A stretch of 64,000 nt of DNA, taken from the NCBI GenBank assembly GCA_044353505.1, contig JBILBU010000003.1, positions 8,544 through 72,543 on the forward strand, given 5' to 3'. Of this stretch, positions 38,576 through 47,934 are shown one piece after another (within the stretch, counting starts at the first letter, position 1; every line of letters starts with the position of its first letter). A model generated the notes under the pieces. That model was not told where the DNA came from. It worked only from the letters and a program-made list of their open reading frames with translations, and searched no databases. A program made the translations under genes and the position numbers. Source of the stretch: Chitinophagaceae bacterium (lineage in GTDB: Bacteria > Bacteroidota > Bacteroidia > Chitinophagales > Chitinophagaceae).

Positions 38576-40090
38576 TTAGATTATTTCCCAACTGACCCCA
38601 CCATCCTTATCGTCTTTTAATTGTATTCCAGCATCAAGGAGTTGATTCCTAATCTTGTCTGAGGTAAGAAAATCTTTTTTTGCCCTGGCATCATTTCTGA
38701 TCTCGGAAATCAGCCTCAGTACTGAAGATAGTTTTTCATCAGACTGGCCCCTTTCATCCTTCAATCCAAAAATGTCAACCAAGTAACTGTTGAACTTGAA
38801 TTTCATGAGGGCTAACGTGTCCTTAGAAAGAGCATCTATTGAAGTATGCCCGTCTTTAATAGAATTAATCGTCGGCACCATTTCAAAAAGACCGGCCAAG
38901 ACCTTTGCGGTATTAAGGTCATCATTCATGTCATCATCCAATGCAATCAATAGCGTGTTGCAATGGTTGTCTAAGTCAGGATCCCCTGCAACATCATTTC
39001 TGCCTAAGTTAATGTCAAACTTATTCAACAAGACCAAAGCATCCCAAATCCTTCTTAGCCCTTTTTCTGAGGCTTGCAAGGCTTCATTGCCAAAGTCTAA
39101 AGTGCTTCTATAATGTGTCTGGAGAATAAAAAACCTCACGGTCATGGGAGAATAGGCCTGAGTAAGTAGCTCATGAGATCCGCTGAATAACTCACTTAGC
39201 TTGATCACGTTATTATAACTCTTGCCCATCTTCCTGCCATTGATGGTAATCATATTGTTGTGTAGCCAGAAGCGAGCAGGAATGCGGTGATTGCAAACAG
39301 TGCTTTGTGCAATTTCACACTCATGGTGAGGGAACTGCAAATCCATGCCACCACCATGAATATCAAACTCCTCTCCCAGATATTTTGTACTCATGGCAGA
39401 ACACTCAATATGCCATCCGGGAAAACCAAGTCCCCATGGACTCTGCCAACGCATGATATGTTCAGGAGCAGCATTTTTCCATAAAGCAAAGTCGGATTTA
39501 TTTCTTTTTTCCTCTTGAGACTCAAGCGCGCGTGTACTCTCAAGCTGTTCCTCCAGTACTCGTCCACTCAATATGCCATAAGGCATACCTTTTGCACTAA
39601 AATCCTGATGGTATTTATCTACATCAAAATATACCGAGCCATTGGCTACATAGGCATAGCCATCTGCAATGATCTTTTCAATCATTACAATCTGTTCAAC
39701 AATATGGCCAGTTGCAGTTGGTTCAATGCTCGGCTCAATATTATTAAACTCACGCATCGCCCAATGAAAAAGATTGGTATACTTCTGAACAAGCTCCATG
39801 GGTTCCAACTTCTCTAAAACGGCCTTCTTTGAAATCTTATCCTCGCTCTCCCTTCCCTCTTCTTCAAAATGGCCAGCATCAGTGATGTTCCGAACGTAAC
39901 GAATTTTATGACCTAGATGGTTTAGGTAGCGATAAACAATATCAAAAGTAATAAATGGCCTGGCGTGACCAAGATGACTTTCGCCACTGACAGTAGGTCC
40001 GCATACATACATACCCACACGACCGGGAATCAAAGAATTAAATTGTTCTTTTTGCCTGGTCAGTGAATTATAAAAATGTAAGGAGGGCAT
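38576..40090 (-). CDS. cysS: Cysteine--tRNA ligase
   Basis: YVCGPT, HLGH (HIGH), PGWHIECSAMS, DIHGGGMDLQFPHHE, KMGKS; ATG at 40090. Confidence 0.97.
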   Translation of the reverse strand: MPSLHFYNSLTRQKEQFNSLIPGRVGMYVCGPTVSGESHLGHARPFITFDIVYRYLNHLGHKIRYVRNITDAGHFEEEGRESEDKISKKAVLEKLEPMELVQKYTNLFHWAMREFNNIEPSIEPTATGHIVEQIVMIEKIIADGYAYVANGSVYFDVDKYHQDFSAKGMPYGILSGRVLEEQLESTRALESQEEKRNKSDFALWKNAAPEHIMRWQSPWGLGFPGWHIECSAMSTKYLGEEFDIHGGGMDLQFPHHECEIAQSTVCNHRIPARFWLHNNMITINGRKMGKSYNNVIKLSELFSGSHELLTQAYSPMTVRFFILQTHYRSTLDFGNEALQASEKGLRRIWDALVLLNKFDINLGRNDVAGDPDLDNHCNTLLIALDDDMNDDLNTAKVLAGLFEMVPTINSIKDGHTSIDALSKDTLALMKFKFNSYLVDIFGLKDERGQSDEKLSSVLRLISEIRNDARAKKDFLTSDKIRNQLLDAGIQLKDDKDGGVSWEII

Positions 40091-40111
40091 AAGCAGAATT
40101 GAAGTTGAATA

Positions 40112-40119
40112 CAAAGATA
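40112..40119 (-). promoter_or_regulatory. -7 box TATCTTTG upstream of cysS
   Basis: Exact TAnnTTTG; supports the start at 40090. Confidence 0.6.
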
Positions 40120-40163
40120 TAGATTGAATAGCAGAACGGCAGTACTAAAGCCAATATTATAGA

Positions 40164-41315
40164 TCAGTTCAATTTCAAATCGGCAATCAAGAATCGATGA
40201 TCAGAAATCTGACTAGCTCCTTTAAGGAATTGAATAGTCTCATATTGTTGGGGATGAAAAATATAATCAATTCGCAATGTGGGCAAAAGCCTGAGGATAG
40301 ATGAAGAGGAGCTCGTAAAGGTTGATCCCAAACCGGTTCCCTTTTCCAAAAAAGCATCTTTGCGTTCGCCACGAATTACAGAATACGCATAGGACCCTGG
40401 TACATCATTGAAGTCACCAACAAGAATTGAGGGGTATGGAGCTTCGTCAATTTGTCTTTCTATAAAATCAGATTGAATACCATGCCAATAAAATGTATTT
40501 CGCATTTTCCTTAACAAATGCTTTGATTCAAGCATGCTGCTGTCAAGCTTTGCCTTAACATCATCAATCCTTTTGTATTCTCTGCTTCCAAAACCGAATG
40601 ACTGGAGATGCACTGAATATATACGCACGGTATCTCCAGCAACAACAACATCAGCATATGCAGTATTCTCAGCATTATCGCCAGATAGATTGGGGTATGG
40701 AATTACCCCCCCAGAAACAATAGGAAATTTTGAAAAAATAGCAATTCCACTATACTGCTTGGTTTTAAAAATATCGATTCCCGCAAACTGATGAAATCGA
40801 TATCCCAGATCTTTCTCCAAAACACGCACCGGATCTAAAGAACCAGCATCGGGCATGGACAAAAACTCTTGAAAACAAATAATATCAGGATTGTACTTGC
40901 TCACTTGTTCAAAAATGGCAGCCTCATGCAACACCTGGTCTGGCTTAAAACTGCTTTCATCAAAAGGGATGAAATGCCTGATGTTCCAAGTCATTATCCT
41001 GAGAGACGCACTAGGTTTATCGTGAATAAAATCAGTTGAAGTCCGAAGCGGGAAATGCAAACCCGCCTTACCAAGCCCAGCCAGCAAAACAATCAAAGGG
41101 AAAAAAGAAAATTGGATCTTAACAACAATCCAGAAAAATAAGAAGAAGAGCATGACTACAAAAAGGTAGGGGAAGAAAAGACCAAAAAAACCAGTAAACC
41201 ACCAATCTTCAGGATGCATATACGGGGCAAAGCTGCAGGCAAGAAAAAATATTGCAACAACAATGTTGAGCAACATCATTAATGAAATAGTAAATGACCT
41301 GAGAAAATTACCCAT
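40164..41315 (-). CDS. Membrane-anchored endonuclease/exonuclease/phosphatase family protein
   Basis: Three N-terminal TM segments, MTWNI, ICFQE, GDFNDVP, RIDYIF, SDH. Confidence 0.9.
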   Translation of the reverse strand: MGNFLRSFTISLMMLLNIVVAIFFLACSFAPYMHPEDWWFTGFFGLFFPYLFVVMLFFLFFWIVVKIQFSFFPLIVLLAGLGKAGLHFPLRTSTDFIHDKPSASLRIMTWNIRHFIPFDESSFKPDQVLHEAAIFEQVSKYNPDIICFQEFLSMPDAGSLDPVRVLEKDLGYRFHQFAGIDIFKTKQYSGIAIFSKFPIVSGGVIPYPNLSGDNAENTAYADVVVAGDTVRIYSVHLQSFGFGSREYKRIDDVKAKLDSSMLESKHLLRKMRNTFYWHGIQSDFIERQIDEAPYPSILVGDFNDVPGSYAYSVIRGERKDAFLEKGTGLGSTFTSSSSSILRLLPTLRIDYIFHPQQYETIQFLKGASQISDHRFLIADLKLN

Positions 41316-41335
41316 GAAGTTTGTTAAAACTGAAA

Positions 41336-42247
41336 TTATAAATCCACATTGCCCGCCTGTTTGAGTATCTTTTTTTCCTCCTCAGTCAGGTTTTCATATC
41401 CACGCTGGTTAATCTTGTCAAGAATAGCGTCAACCCTTTCTTGGGTGATATTTGATTTTTTTGTGAACGCCGACCTCTTGCCCAGCTCATAAAATGAAGA
41501 AGTTTTGGAAGCCGCAGTGTTTTTCTTTGCAGGGGTTGACCAGGAACGGACAAAGCCAGCCAACACATTCATCCACTCGCCAATGTCATTCCCTTTTCGC
41601 AACATCCAAACAAAGAAAAAACCAGTAATTGCTCCAATAAGGTGGGGAATTAATAAAAAAATATTTGAAGATATAGAAGCAACGTCCAACAATAAATAGA
41701 TGCATGAAATGACCCAAAGAGGAATTCCTCCGCCAATCATTGGGAAAAAACGATACTGCGGAGATACCATGGTTGCTGCAACAGCAAGTCCCAGTATCCC
41801 TGGTGCAATTGCATTGTAAAACATAAGATTCGCGTATTCTCCCTTGATAAGATTCGAAGCAAGGATAAAGCAAATGCCAGATGCGAATGCACTGTATAAA
41901 TAGATAGGAAATAATCTTTGATTCCCAAGAAGGTCCTGAACCAGCTGTCCGAAAGTCCAAATCCAAATTAAGTTACCAATTACCACCAACAGCTTAACCT
42001 CTGAAAACTGCATCGTGATCAATGTCCATGGCCTCGAAATCAACTTGCTGGGGTCTCCAGAAAGGAGAAATAAGTGGTATATATTTTTATAAAATTCAGC
42101 ATCTTGAATACTGGAAAAAGTATAGAGACTCTTAATAAACTGAAGCAATATAAAAAACATCGCGTGGATGATGATGAGCATCACCAGCGGATTGCTTGCA
42201 TTCCAAAGATTGGAACGAGTTCCGCCCCAGTTTTCCCTATATCCCAT
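41336..42247 (-). CDS. Rhomboid-family membrane protein, apparently catalytically inactive, with C-terminal soluble tail
   Basis: RPWTLIT, GNLIWIWTFG, PHLIGA and tail VDAILDKINQRGYENLTEEEK; the GxSG position reads YNAIAPG. Confidence 0.8.
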   Translation of the reverse strand: MGYRENWGGTRSNLWNASNPLVMLIIIHAMFFILLQFIKSLYTFSSIQDAEFYKNIYHLFLLSGDPSKLISRPWTLITMQFSEVKLLVVIGNLIWIWTFGQLVQDLLGNQRLFPIYLYSAFASGICFILASNLIKGEYANLMFYNAIAPGILGLAVAATMVSPQYRFFPMIGGGIPLWVISCIYLLLDVASISSNIFLLIPHLIGAITGFFFVWMLRKGNDIGEWMNVLAGFVRSWSTPAKKNTAASKTSSFYELGKRSAFTKKSNITQERVDAILDKINQRGYENLTEEEKKILKQAGNVDL

Positions 42248-42265
42248 AATACCAGTATTTTGACA

Positions 42266-42961
42266 TCAAAAAAAGTTACTCCGGTTTTTTCTGTTCCAGA
42301 AAATCACAATAAGAATGCCAACGGCTGCTCCACCTAAATGAGCAAAATGAGCAATGCCAGTTGATTCGCTTGATACACCACCAAGCACATCGAGAACGGC
42401 TAGGCCAATCAAAGCCCATTTGGCTTTGATTGGGAATGGAATGGGAAGAATAAGCATTTTGCTATTGGGAAATGTGTAGGCAAATGCAGCAAATATTCCC
42501 ATTACCGCTCCGGAAGCACCCAACGTTGGTATGTTGGAAAGAATGTACAGCTCCTCAGCTCCAATCTGGCCTGCCGCAAACATTGCATTATAATTGGAAA
42601 TATCATAGGTCAATGCAACCACCTGAGCAATGCCTGCGCCTAATCCACAAAGCAGATAAAATATTAGAAACCTAGATGGGCCCCATAGATTTTCAAGGGT
42701 TGAACCAAACATCCAAAGGGCAAACATATTAAACAAAATATGAAAGAAAGACTGTGAAGAGTGCAGAAACATATAACTGATATACTGCCAAATATGATAA
42801 TGCACAGAACTAAAATGGTGCAGTGCAAATAGATTCTCTACCGAGAGCAAATCTTGCCCTATGGTAATCTGTGCTAACCAAACCAGGGAATTGATGATGA
42901 TTAGGTTCTTGATCACAACGGGAAGTACCTGAAACCTGCCGGGCCTTATTTCTGATTCCAT
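42266..42961 (-). CDS. Rhomboid intramembrane serine protease
   Basis: WQYISYMFLH, HILFNMFALWMFG, catalytic LGASGA and AHFAHLGGA. Confidence 0.93.
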   Translation of the reverse strand: MESEIRPGRFQVLPVVIKNLIIINSLVWLAQITIGQDLLSVENLFALHHFSSVHYHIWQYISYMFLHSSQSFFHILFNMFALWMFGSTLENLWGPSRFLIFYLLCGLGAGIAQVVALTYDISNYNAMFAAGQIGAEELYILSNIPTLGASGAVMGIFAAFAYTFPNSKMLILPIPFPIKAKWALIGLAVLDVLGGVSSESTGIAHFAHLGGAAVGILIVIFWNRKNRSNFF

Positions 42962-43007
42962 ATAATGGGTTGAATTGTAAATTTAACAAAGATCAGGCAA
43001 TACTGTT

Positions 43008-44438
43008 CTAAAGCATTTTAAGCTTTAATTGAACAACATTTTCAATATGGTGGGTATGTGGGAACATATCGACCGGACACATAGCCGTTACGTCATACTT
43101 TTCTGATAACAACTGCAAGTCTCGTGCTTGTGTAGCAGGATTACAACTCACATACACAACAAGCGGAGACTGCATTTGCAGTACCTGTCTGACCAGCCGC
43201 TCATGCATCCCTACCCTAGGTGGGTCAATGATAATTACGTCGGGACTACCATGGGTTAGAAAGAAATCATCAGTGCATACATCCGAAACATCACCAGAGA
43301 AAAACACTGCATTATCAATCTTATTGAGGGCTGCATTTTCATTGGCATCTTGCACTGCTTCTTCAATGACTTCTACGCCAATGATTTTTTTTGCCTTATC
43401 GCATAAAAACAAACCAATACTTCCTGTTCCGCAATACAGATCATATACCGTTTCGGTTCCATTTAAATTCGCAAAATCTTTTGTGATCTGGTATAGTCTT
43501 TCCGCCTGCTTTGTATTGGTTTGAAAAAAAGACTTTGGGCCCACCTTAAAACTCAACCCACCGAGCAGTTCAATGGCAAACGGATTGCCAGAAAAAAGAA
43601 TAGGCGATTGGTCATAGATGCTATCATTGAACTTTTTATTGACCGTATAATACAGAGAGGTAATCGAAGGGAAATTAAGCTGCAAAAAATTCAACAGGTC
43701 ATGATGAGCATCCTGATCATCTTCACCAAAGACAAGGTTTACCATCAAGTCGCCACTAGTGCACAGCCGAATCATAAGGTTCCTAAGCAGTCCAACATGA
43801 TTTCTAATATCATAAAAAGTATACCCCTTGCCCAATGCATAAGTGCGCAATTGATTTCTAATGGCATTGCTTGGGTCTGACATCAGAAAACATTCATCAA
43901 TATCAATCACCTTATCAAACGACCCTGGAACATGAAAACCAAGTGATGGAATGGAAGGCAGCCCCCTAGGGCCTTCCTCACTCATTGGGAGCTCAGCAAT
44001 CTCCTGCTCAGTAAAATATTTTTTTGAGCTAAATGTATATTCAAGTTTGTTTCTATAATACCTTGTTTCATCAGCCCCCACAATAGGCATCATTTCAGGT
44101 AAATCAATCTTCCCGATTCGCTTCATCTGATCAGCAACTTCTTCTTGCTTGTATTTCAGCTGTTTTTCGTAGGGCAACATCTGCCACTTGCAGCCTCCAC
44201 AAACGCCAAAATGCGTGCAAAAAGCAGACACCCGCTCCTCTGAATATTTTCTAACCCGTATGGCCTTTCCCTCAGCCCAATCCTTTTTATTTTTTGATAG
44301 CCTTACATCCACATGATCTCCCGGTACCGCTCCCTCAATAAAGACTACTTTGCCTTCAAGCTTTGCAATGGATTTACCCCCAGCAGCATAGGCAGTAACT
44401 TCCAGGTTCTCGAGTATGATATTTCGCTTCTTTTTCAT
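43008..44438 (-). CDS. rlmD: 23S rRNA (uracil-1939-C5)-methyltransferase
   Basis: TRAM domain, CTHFGVCGGC 4Fe-4S motif, SFFQTN, DLYCGTG, DPPR, YVSCNPATQARD, DMFPHTHHIE. Confidence 0.94.
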   Translation of the reverse strand: MKKKRNIILENLEVTAYAAGGKSIAKLEGKVVFIEGAVPGDHVDVRLSKNKKDWAEGKAIRVRKYSEERVSAFCTHFGVCGGCKWQMLPYEKQLKYKQEEVADQMKRIGKIDLPEMMPIVGADETRYYRNKLEYTFSSKKYFTEQEIAELPMSEEGPRGLPSIPSLGFHVPGSFDKVIDIDECFLMSDPSNAIRNQLRTYALGKGYTFYDIRNHVGLLRNLMIRLCTSGDLMVNLVFGEDDQDAHHDLLNFLQLNFPSITSLYYTVNKKFNDSIYDQSPILFSGNPFAIELLGGLSFKVGPKSFFQTNTKQAERLYQITKDFANLNGTETVYDLYCGTGSIGLFLCDKAKKIIGVEVIEEAVQDANENAALNKIDNAVFFSGDVSDVCTDDFFLTHGSPDVIIIDPPRVGMHERLVRQVLQMQSPLVVYVSCNPATQARDLQLLSEKYDVTAMCPVDMFPHTHHIENVVQLKLKML

Positions 44439-44444
44439 AAAGAA

Positions 44445-44452
44445 CAAAGATA
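44445..44452 (-). promoter_or_regulatory. -7 box TATCTTTG upstream of rlmD
   Basis: Exact TAnnTTTG 6 bp upstream of the ATG at 44438. Confidence 0.55.
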
Positions 44453-44462
44453 TCGTTAATTC

Positions 44463-44567
44463 GGGTTGAAGAGGTTGAAGAGGTTGAAGGGGTTGAGGAG
44501 ATTGAAGGTTCCACTACTTCAACCGCTTAAACCTCTTCAAACTTTTATTCCTCAACCCTTTTAACTC
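44463..44567. repeat. Inverted arrays of 9-mer repeats between divergent rlmD and the thioredoxin-like gene
   Basis: Five RGGTTGAAG-like units (44463-44507), a 9-nt spacer, then about five degenerate CTTCAACCY units (44517-44567). Confidence 0.85.
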
Positions 44568-44609
44568 CTCATTTCACAGTTATTGAATAATTTTACCAAA
44601 ATATCTCAG

Positions 44610-46046
44610 ATGCGTATACTCCTCTTGCTGTTTGCTTCTGCCCTAATAAACATGAACGCGTCTTCACAGAATGCTTATGAAATCAAGGCAAATATTACTC
44701 CTTACAAAAGTGGATACCTCTACCTTGCCTATCACTTTGGCAGCAAACAATACCTCCTTGATTCTGCAAAAATAAATACCAAAGGTGATGCACTTTTTTC
44801 TGGATCAGAAAAATTACCAGGAGGTGTATACATGATTGTATTCCCTGCAAAAAATGGATGGATCGAATGCATCATGGATAAAGAACAACAGTTCAGTGTA
44901 TCGGCAGACAGCAGCGACCTGATCAATAGCCTTACCTACAAAGGGTCATCCGACAATACAATTTTTGGCAACTACCAAAAAAAATCAGCAGAGATTGGTG
45001 CTCAAATGGCTGCGTTAAAAACCGAAATGACGGGCAAGTCGGGAGATTCTACATATGACGCAGCTAATGCAAAAATGAAAATTCTTGGAAAAGAAATGCA
45101 AGAATACAGAGACAACCTGCAGTCCCAACACCCAGCACATCTGCTCACTGCAATCTTTAATCTTTTAAAAGAGCCTACAATACCCGCTGCCACTGAACAT
45201 CCCGGAGGAAAATATGATTCTGCCTTTGCCTATCAGTTTTATAAAAACCATTATTGGGATGGCATCAGTTTTTCAGACGCACGACTAATGAGAACACCTG
45301 TGCTACAAACGAAGTTTGATCGATACTTTGATGAGGTCTTACCCCAAACAACCGATTCACTGATCAATTATGCAGATCAGGTTCTTGCTGCTGCAAAGCC
45401 AAGCGAAGAAATGTTTAAATATGTGCTCTCCAGCCTTACTGATAAATATGTTAACCCAAAATTCATGGGGCTGGATGCGGTGTTCGTTCATCTTTTTGAA
45501 ACCTACTACATCACCGGACAAGCAGATTCATGGATGAATGAAAAATACAGAAAGTTTATTTTCGACAGGGGGTATAGCCTCATGGCAAACGTTCTGGGAA
45601 AAAAAGCAGCAGAGCTGCCTATGGTCGATACCCTTGGCAAACCCTTCTCCCTCTATACGCTGCAAGCCCCATTTACCATTGTATGTTTTTGGGACCCCAC
45701 CTGCGGACATTGCAAAGAGGAAGTTCCGAAAGTGGATTCCATATTCCAGGCCAAATGGAAACAAGAAGGCCTAAAACTTATTGGCGTAATGACAGATGGA
45801 GGGAAAGACAATTGGTTGAAGTTCATCAAAGAGCACAACCTCAATGGATGGATACATCTTTATCAAACGGATGAGACAAGGGATAAAATCACAAAGGCCG
45901 GAACTCCAGGATACCGTCAGTTATACGACGTATACCAAACACCCGTGATGTATTTGCTCGATAAAGACAAAAATATTATTGCGAAAAAAATCAATTACAA
46001 ACAAGTAGATGACTTCATGGCGTTTAGAAGAAAACCAGTAAAATAG
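44610..46046 (+). CDS. Exported thioredoxin-like (TlpA/AhpC-TSA) protein with DUF4369/DUF5106-type N-terminal domains
   Basis: Signal peptide, YLAYHFG, HYWD, C-terminal FWDPTCGHC (CxxC) and YDVYQTP cis-Pro region. Confidence 0.8.
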   Translation: MRILLLLFASALINMNASSQNAYEIKANITPYKSGYLYLAYHFGSKQYLLDSAKINTKGDALFSGSEKLPGGVYMIVFPAKNGWIECIMDKEQQFSVSADSSDLINSLTYKGSSDNTIFGNYQKKSAEIGAQMAALKTEMTGKSGDSTYDAANAKMKILGKEMQEYRDNLQSQHPAHLLTAIFNLLKEPTIPAATEHPGGKYDSAFAYQFYKNHYWDGISFSDARLMRTPVLQTKFDRYFDEVLPQTTDSLINYADQVLAAAKPSEEMFKYVLSSLTDKYVNPKFMGLDAVFVHLFETYYITGQADSWMNEKYRKFIFDRGYSLMANVLGKKAAELPMVDTLGKPFSLYTLQAPFTIVCFWDPTCGHCKEEVPKVDSIFQAKWKQEGLKLIGVMTDGGKDNWLKFIKEHNLNGWIHLYQTDETRDKITKAGTPGYRQLYDVYQTPVMYLLDKDKNIIAKKINYKQVDDFMAFRRKPVK

Positions 46047-46048
46047 CT

Positions 46049-47002
46049 TTATACAATCTGACGCACAACATCATAAATAACGAGCGGCTTCCCAAGCGTA
46101 TAATAATGCAGTACGGGAACACCCGCTTGCATGAGCTCCTTAGATTGCTGTACAAGCCACTCTTTCCCAACGCGCTCCGTATCCTCGTCAGTCTTGGTCT
46201 TGTTCATCTCACTTAGCAAATCTGTTGGCAAATCAACATGAAAAACTCTTGGAATTACAGTGAGCTGCTTCTTGTTTGTGATTGGCTTTAACCCTGGGAT
46301 AATAGGTACGCTAATTCCGTTGGCCCTGCATTTATCAACAAACTCAAAATACTTTGTATTGTCAAAAAACATCTGTGTTAGAATATACTCAGCGCCTGCA
46401 TCTACTTTGGCTTTCAAATAATTTATATCCGCTTCCATATTCGGGGCCTCAAAGTGCTTTTCTGGATAGCCCGCCACACCCATACAAAAATGTGTTCTGA
46501 ACCCATCGCGAATATCTTCCTCCAAATAAATGCCATTGTTAAGACGGTCTACTTGCTTGAGCAAATCAATCGCATACCGATTGCCATTTACTTCAGGCTC
46601 AAAACTGGTCTCATTCTTGGTTGCATCACCGCGCAAGACAAGCACATTATCAATTCCTAAAAAATTTAAATCAATCAATGCGTCTTCCGTCTCGCGTTGC
46701 GTAAATCCGCCACAAATGAGATGGGGAACGGCATCTATCTTATAATGATTCATGATGGCTGCACAAATACCTACAGTCCCCGGACGCTTCCTTACCTCTA
46801 CTTTTTCAAATGTGCCATCCGTTTTCTTTTTGAAAATGTGCTCACTGCGATGATACGTAACATTAATAAAAGAAGGTTTGAACTCCATCAATGGGTCAAG
46901 GTGCTGATAGAGTGAAGTGATATTTTTTCCCTTAAGCGGAGGAAGCACCTCAAAAGAAATGAGGGTACCCTTGGATTGGTTGATATGGTCTATTACTTTC
47001 AT
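46049..47002 (-). CDS. metF: 5,10-methylenetetrahydrofolate reductase
   Basis: SFEVLPP, FINVTY, PHLICGG, LRGD, VAGYPEKH, KVDAGAEYILTQMFF, HYYTL. Confidence 0.95.
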   Translation of the reverse strand: MKVIDHINQSKGTLISFEVLPPLKGKNITSLYQHLDPLMEFKPSFINVTYHRSEHIFKKKTDGTFEKVEVRKRPGTVGICAAIMNHYKIDAVPHLICGGFTQRETEDALIDLNFLGIDNVLVLRGDATKNETSFEPEVNGNRYAIDLLKQVDRLNNGIYLEEDIRDGFRTHFCMGVAGYPEKHFEAPNMEADINYLKAKVDAGAEYILTQMFFDNTKYFEFVDKCRANGISVPIIPGLKPITNKKQLTVIPRVFHVDLPTDLLSEMNKTKTDEDTERVGKEWLVQQSKELMQAGVPVLHYYTLGKPLVIYDVVRQIV

Positions 47003-47032
47003 TGACTAAGATTCGGCATTTGTTCAGAAAGG

Positions 47033-47040
47033 CAAAAGTA
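47033..47040 (-). promoter_or_regulatory. -7 box TACTTTTG upstream of metF
   Basis: Exact TAnnTTTG on the minus strand. Confidence 0.55.
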
Positions 47041-47118
47041 CGGATTAAAAAAAGGCAAAATTCAATTCTTATCCCTGTTAAATCGGCAATAACTGGCTGT
47101 TGAACTGATGAATTTCAA

Positions 47119-47126
47119 TACTTTTG
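47119..47126 (+). promoter_or_regulatory. -7 box TACTTTTG upstream of lptB
   Basis: Exact TAnnTTTG; supports the ATG at 47136. Confidence 0.55.
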
Positions 47127-47135
47127 TTCATAATC

Positions 47136-47918
47136 ATGAACCTAACCATCCATACCAAAGGCCTCGTCAAAAGATACCACAATCGAACAGTAGTCAATAA
47201 TGTGAGCATCGAAGTTAAACAAGGTGAAATTGTAGGCTTACTCGGACCAAACGGAGCAGGCAAAACAACCTCATTTTATATGGTTGTAGGACTTATCAAA
47301 CCTGATGAAGGTGAAGTGTTTTTAGACGACCTAAACATCACTAGCCTACCCATGTATAAAAGAGCACAAATGGGTATTGGCTATCTTCCTCAAGAAGCTT
47401 CAGTATTTAGAAAGCTTTCTGTAGAGGATAATATCGCAGCGGTGCTTGAAATGACTAAGCTATCAAAGCATGAACAAAAAGATAAGTTGGAAGGCCTACT
47501 CAAAGAATTCCGCCTTACCCATGTAAGAAAAAATAATGGAGACTCCTTAAGCGGTGGAGAAAGACGAAGAACAGAAATTGCCAGGGCCTTGGCCGTTGAC
47601 CCAAAGTTTATTCTCCTTGATGAGCCCTTTGCGGGTGTTGACCCAATTGCAGTAGAGGATATTCAAACGGTGGTTGCCCGGCTGAAAATGAAAAATATTG
47701 GAATCTTGATTACGGATCATAATGTCAATGAGACCCTTTCCATATGCGACCGTGCCTACTTATTGATAGAAGGCAAGATTTTTAAACATGGTAAAGCTGA
47801 AGAGCTTGCAGATGATGAACAAGTGCGAAGACTATACCTTGGTAGAAATTTTGAACTTAAAAGAAAAGACTATCTTCATGAGGAAGCTCAGCAAGAGTCT
47901 ATGTACGGCGATCGCTGA
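47136..47918 (+). CDS. lptB: LPS export ABC transporter ATPase LptB
   Basis: [50 protein letters not shown]. Confidence 0.95.
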   Translation: MNLTIHTKGLVKRYHNRTVVNNVSIEVKQGEIVGLLGPNGAGKTTSFYMVVGLIKPDEGEVFLDDLNITSLPMYKRAQMGIGYLPQEASVFRKLSVEDNIAAVLEMTKLSKHEQKDKLEGLLKEFRLTHVRKNNGDSLSGGERRRTEIARALAVDPKFILLDEPFAGVDPIAVEDIQTVVARLKMKNIGILITDHNVNETLSICDRAYLLIEGKIFKHGKAEELADDEQVRRLYLGRNFELKRKDYLHEEAQQESMYGDR

Positions 47919-47934
47919 GCCAAAATGATCTACC

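Noticed and set aside
36367-41315. Anti-phage defence island (patatin plus nuclease-like EEP)
   Set aside because: The genes are interleaved with housekeeping obgE and cysS, and there is no cyclase, CARF/SAVED, restriction or mobile-element gene nearby.
47041-47110. Possible SAM-II/V riboswitch upstream of metF (minus strand TGCCGATTTAAC)
   Set aside because: The other consensus elements (TTGCAAG, the pairing strand, AAATG..GCTAAA) are absent, and the motif lies upstream of the metF -7 box, so it is probably not in the 5' UTR.
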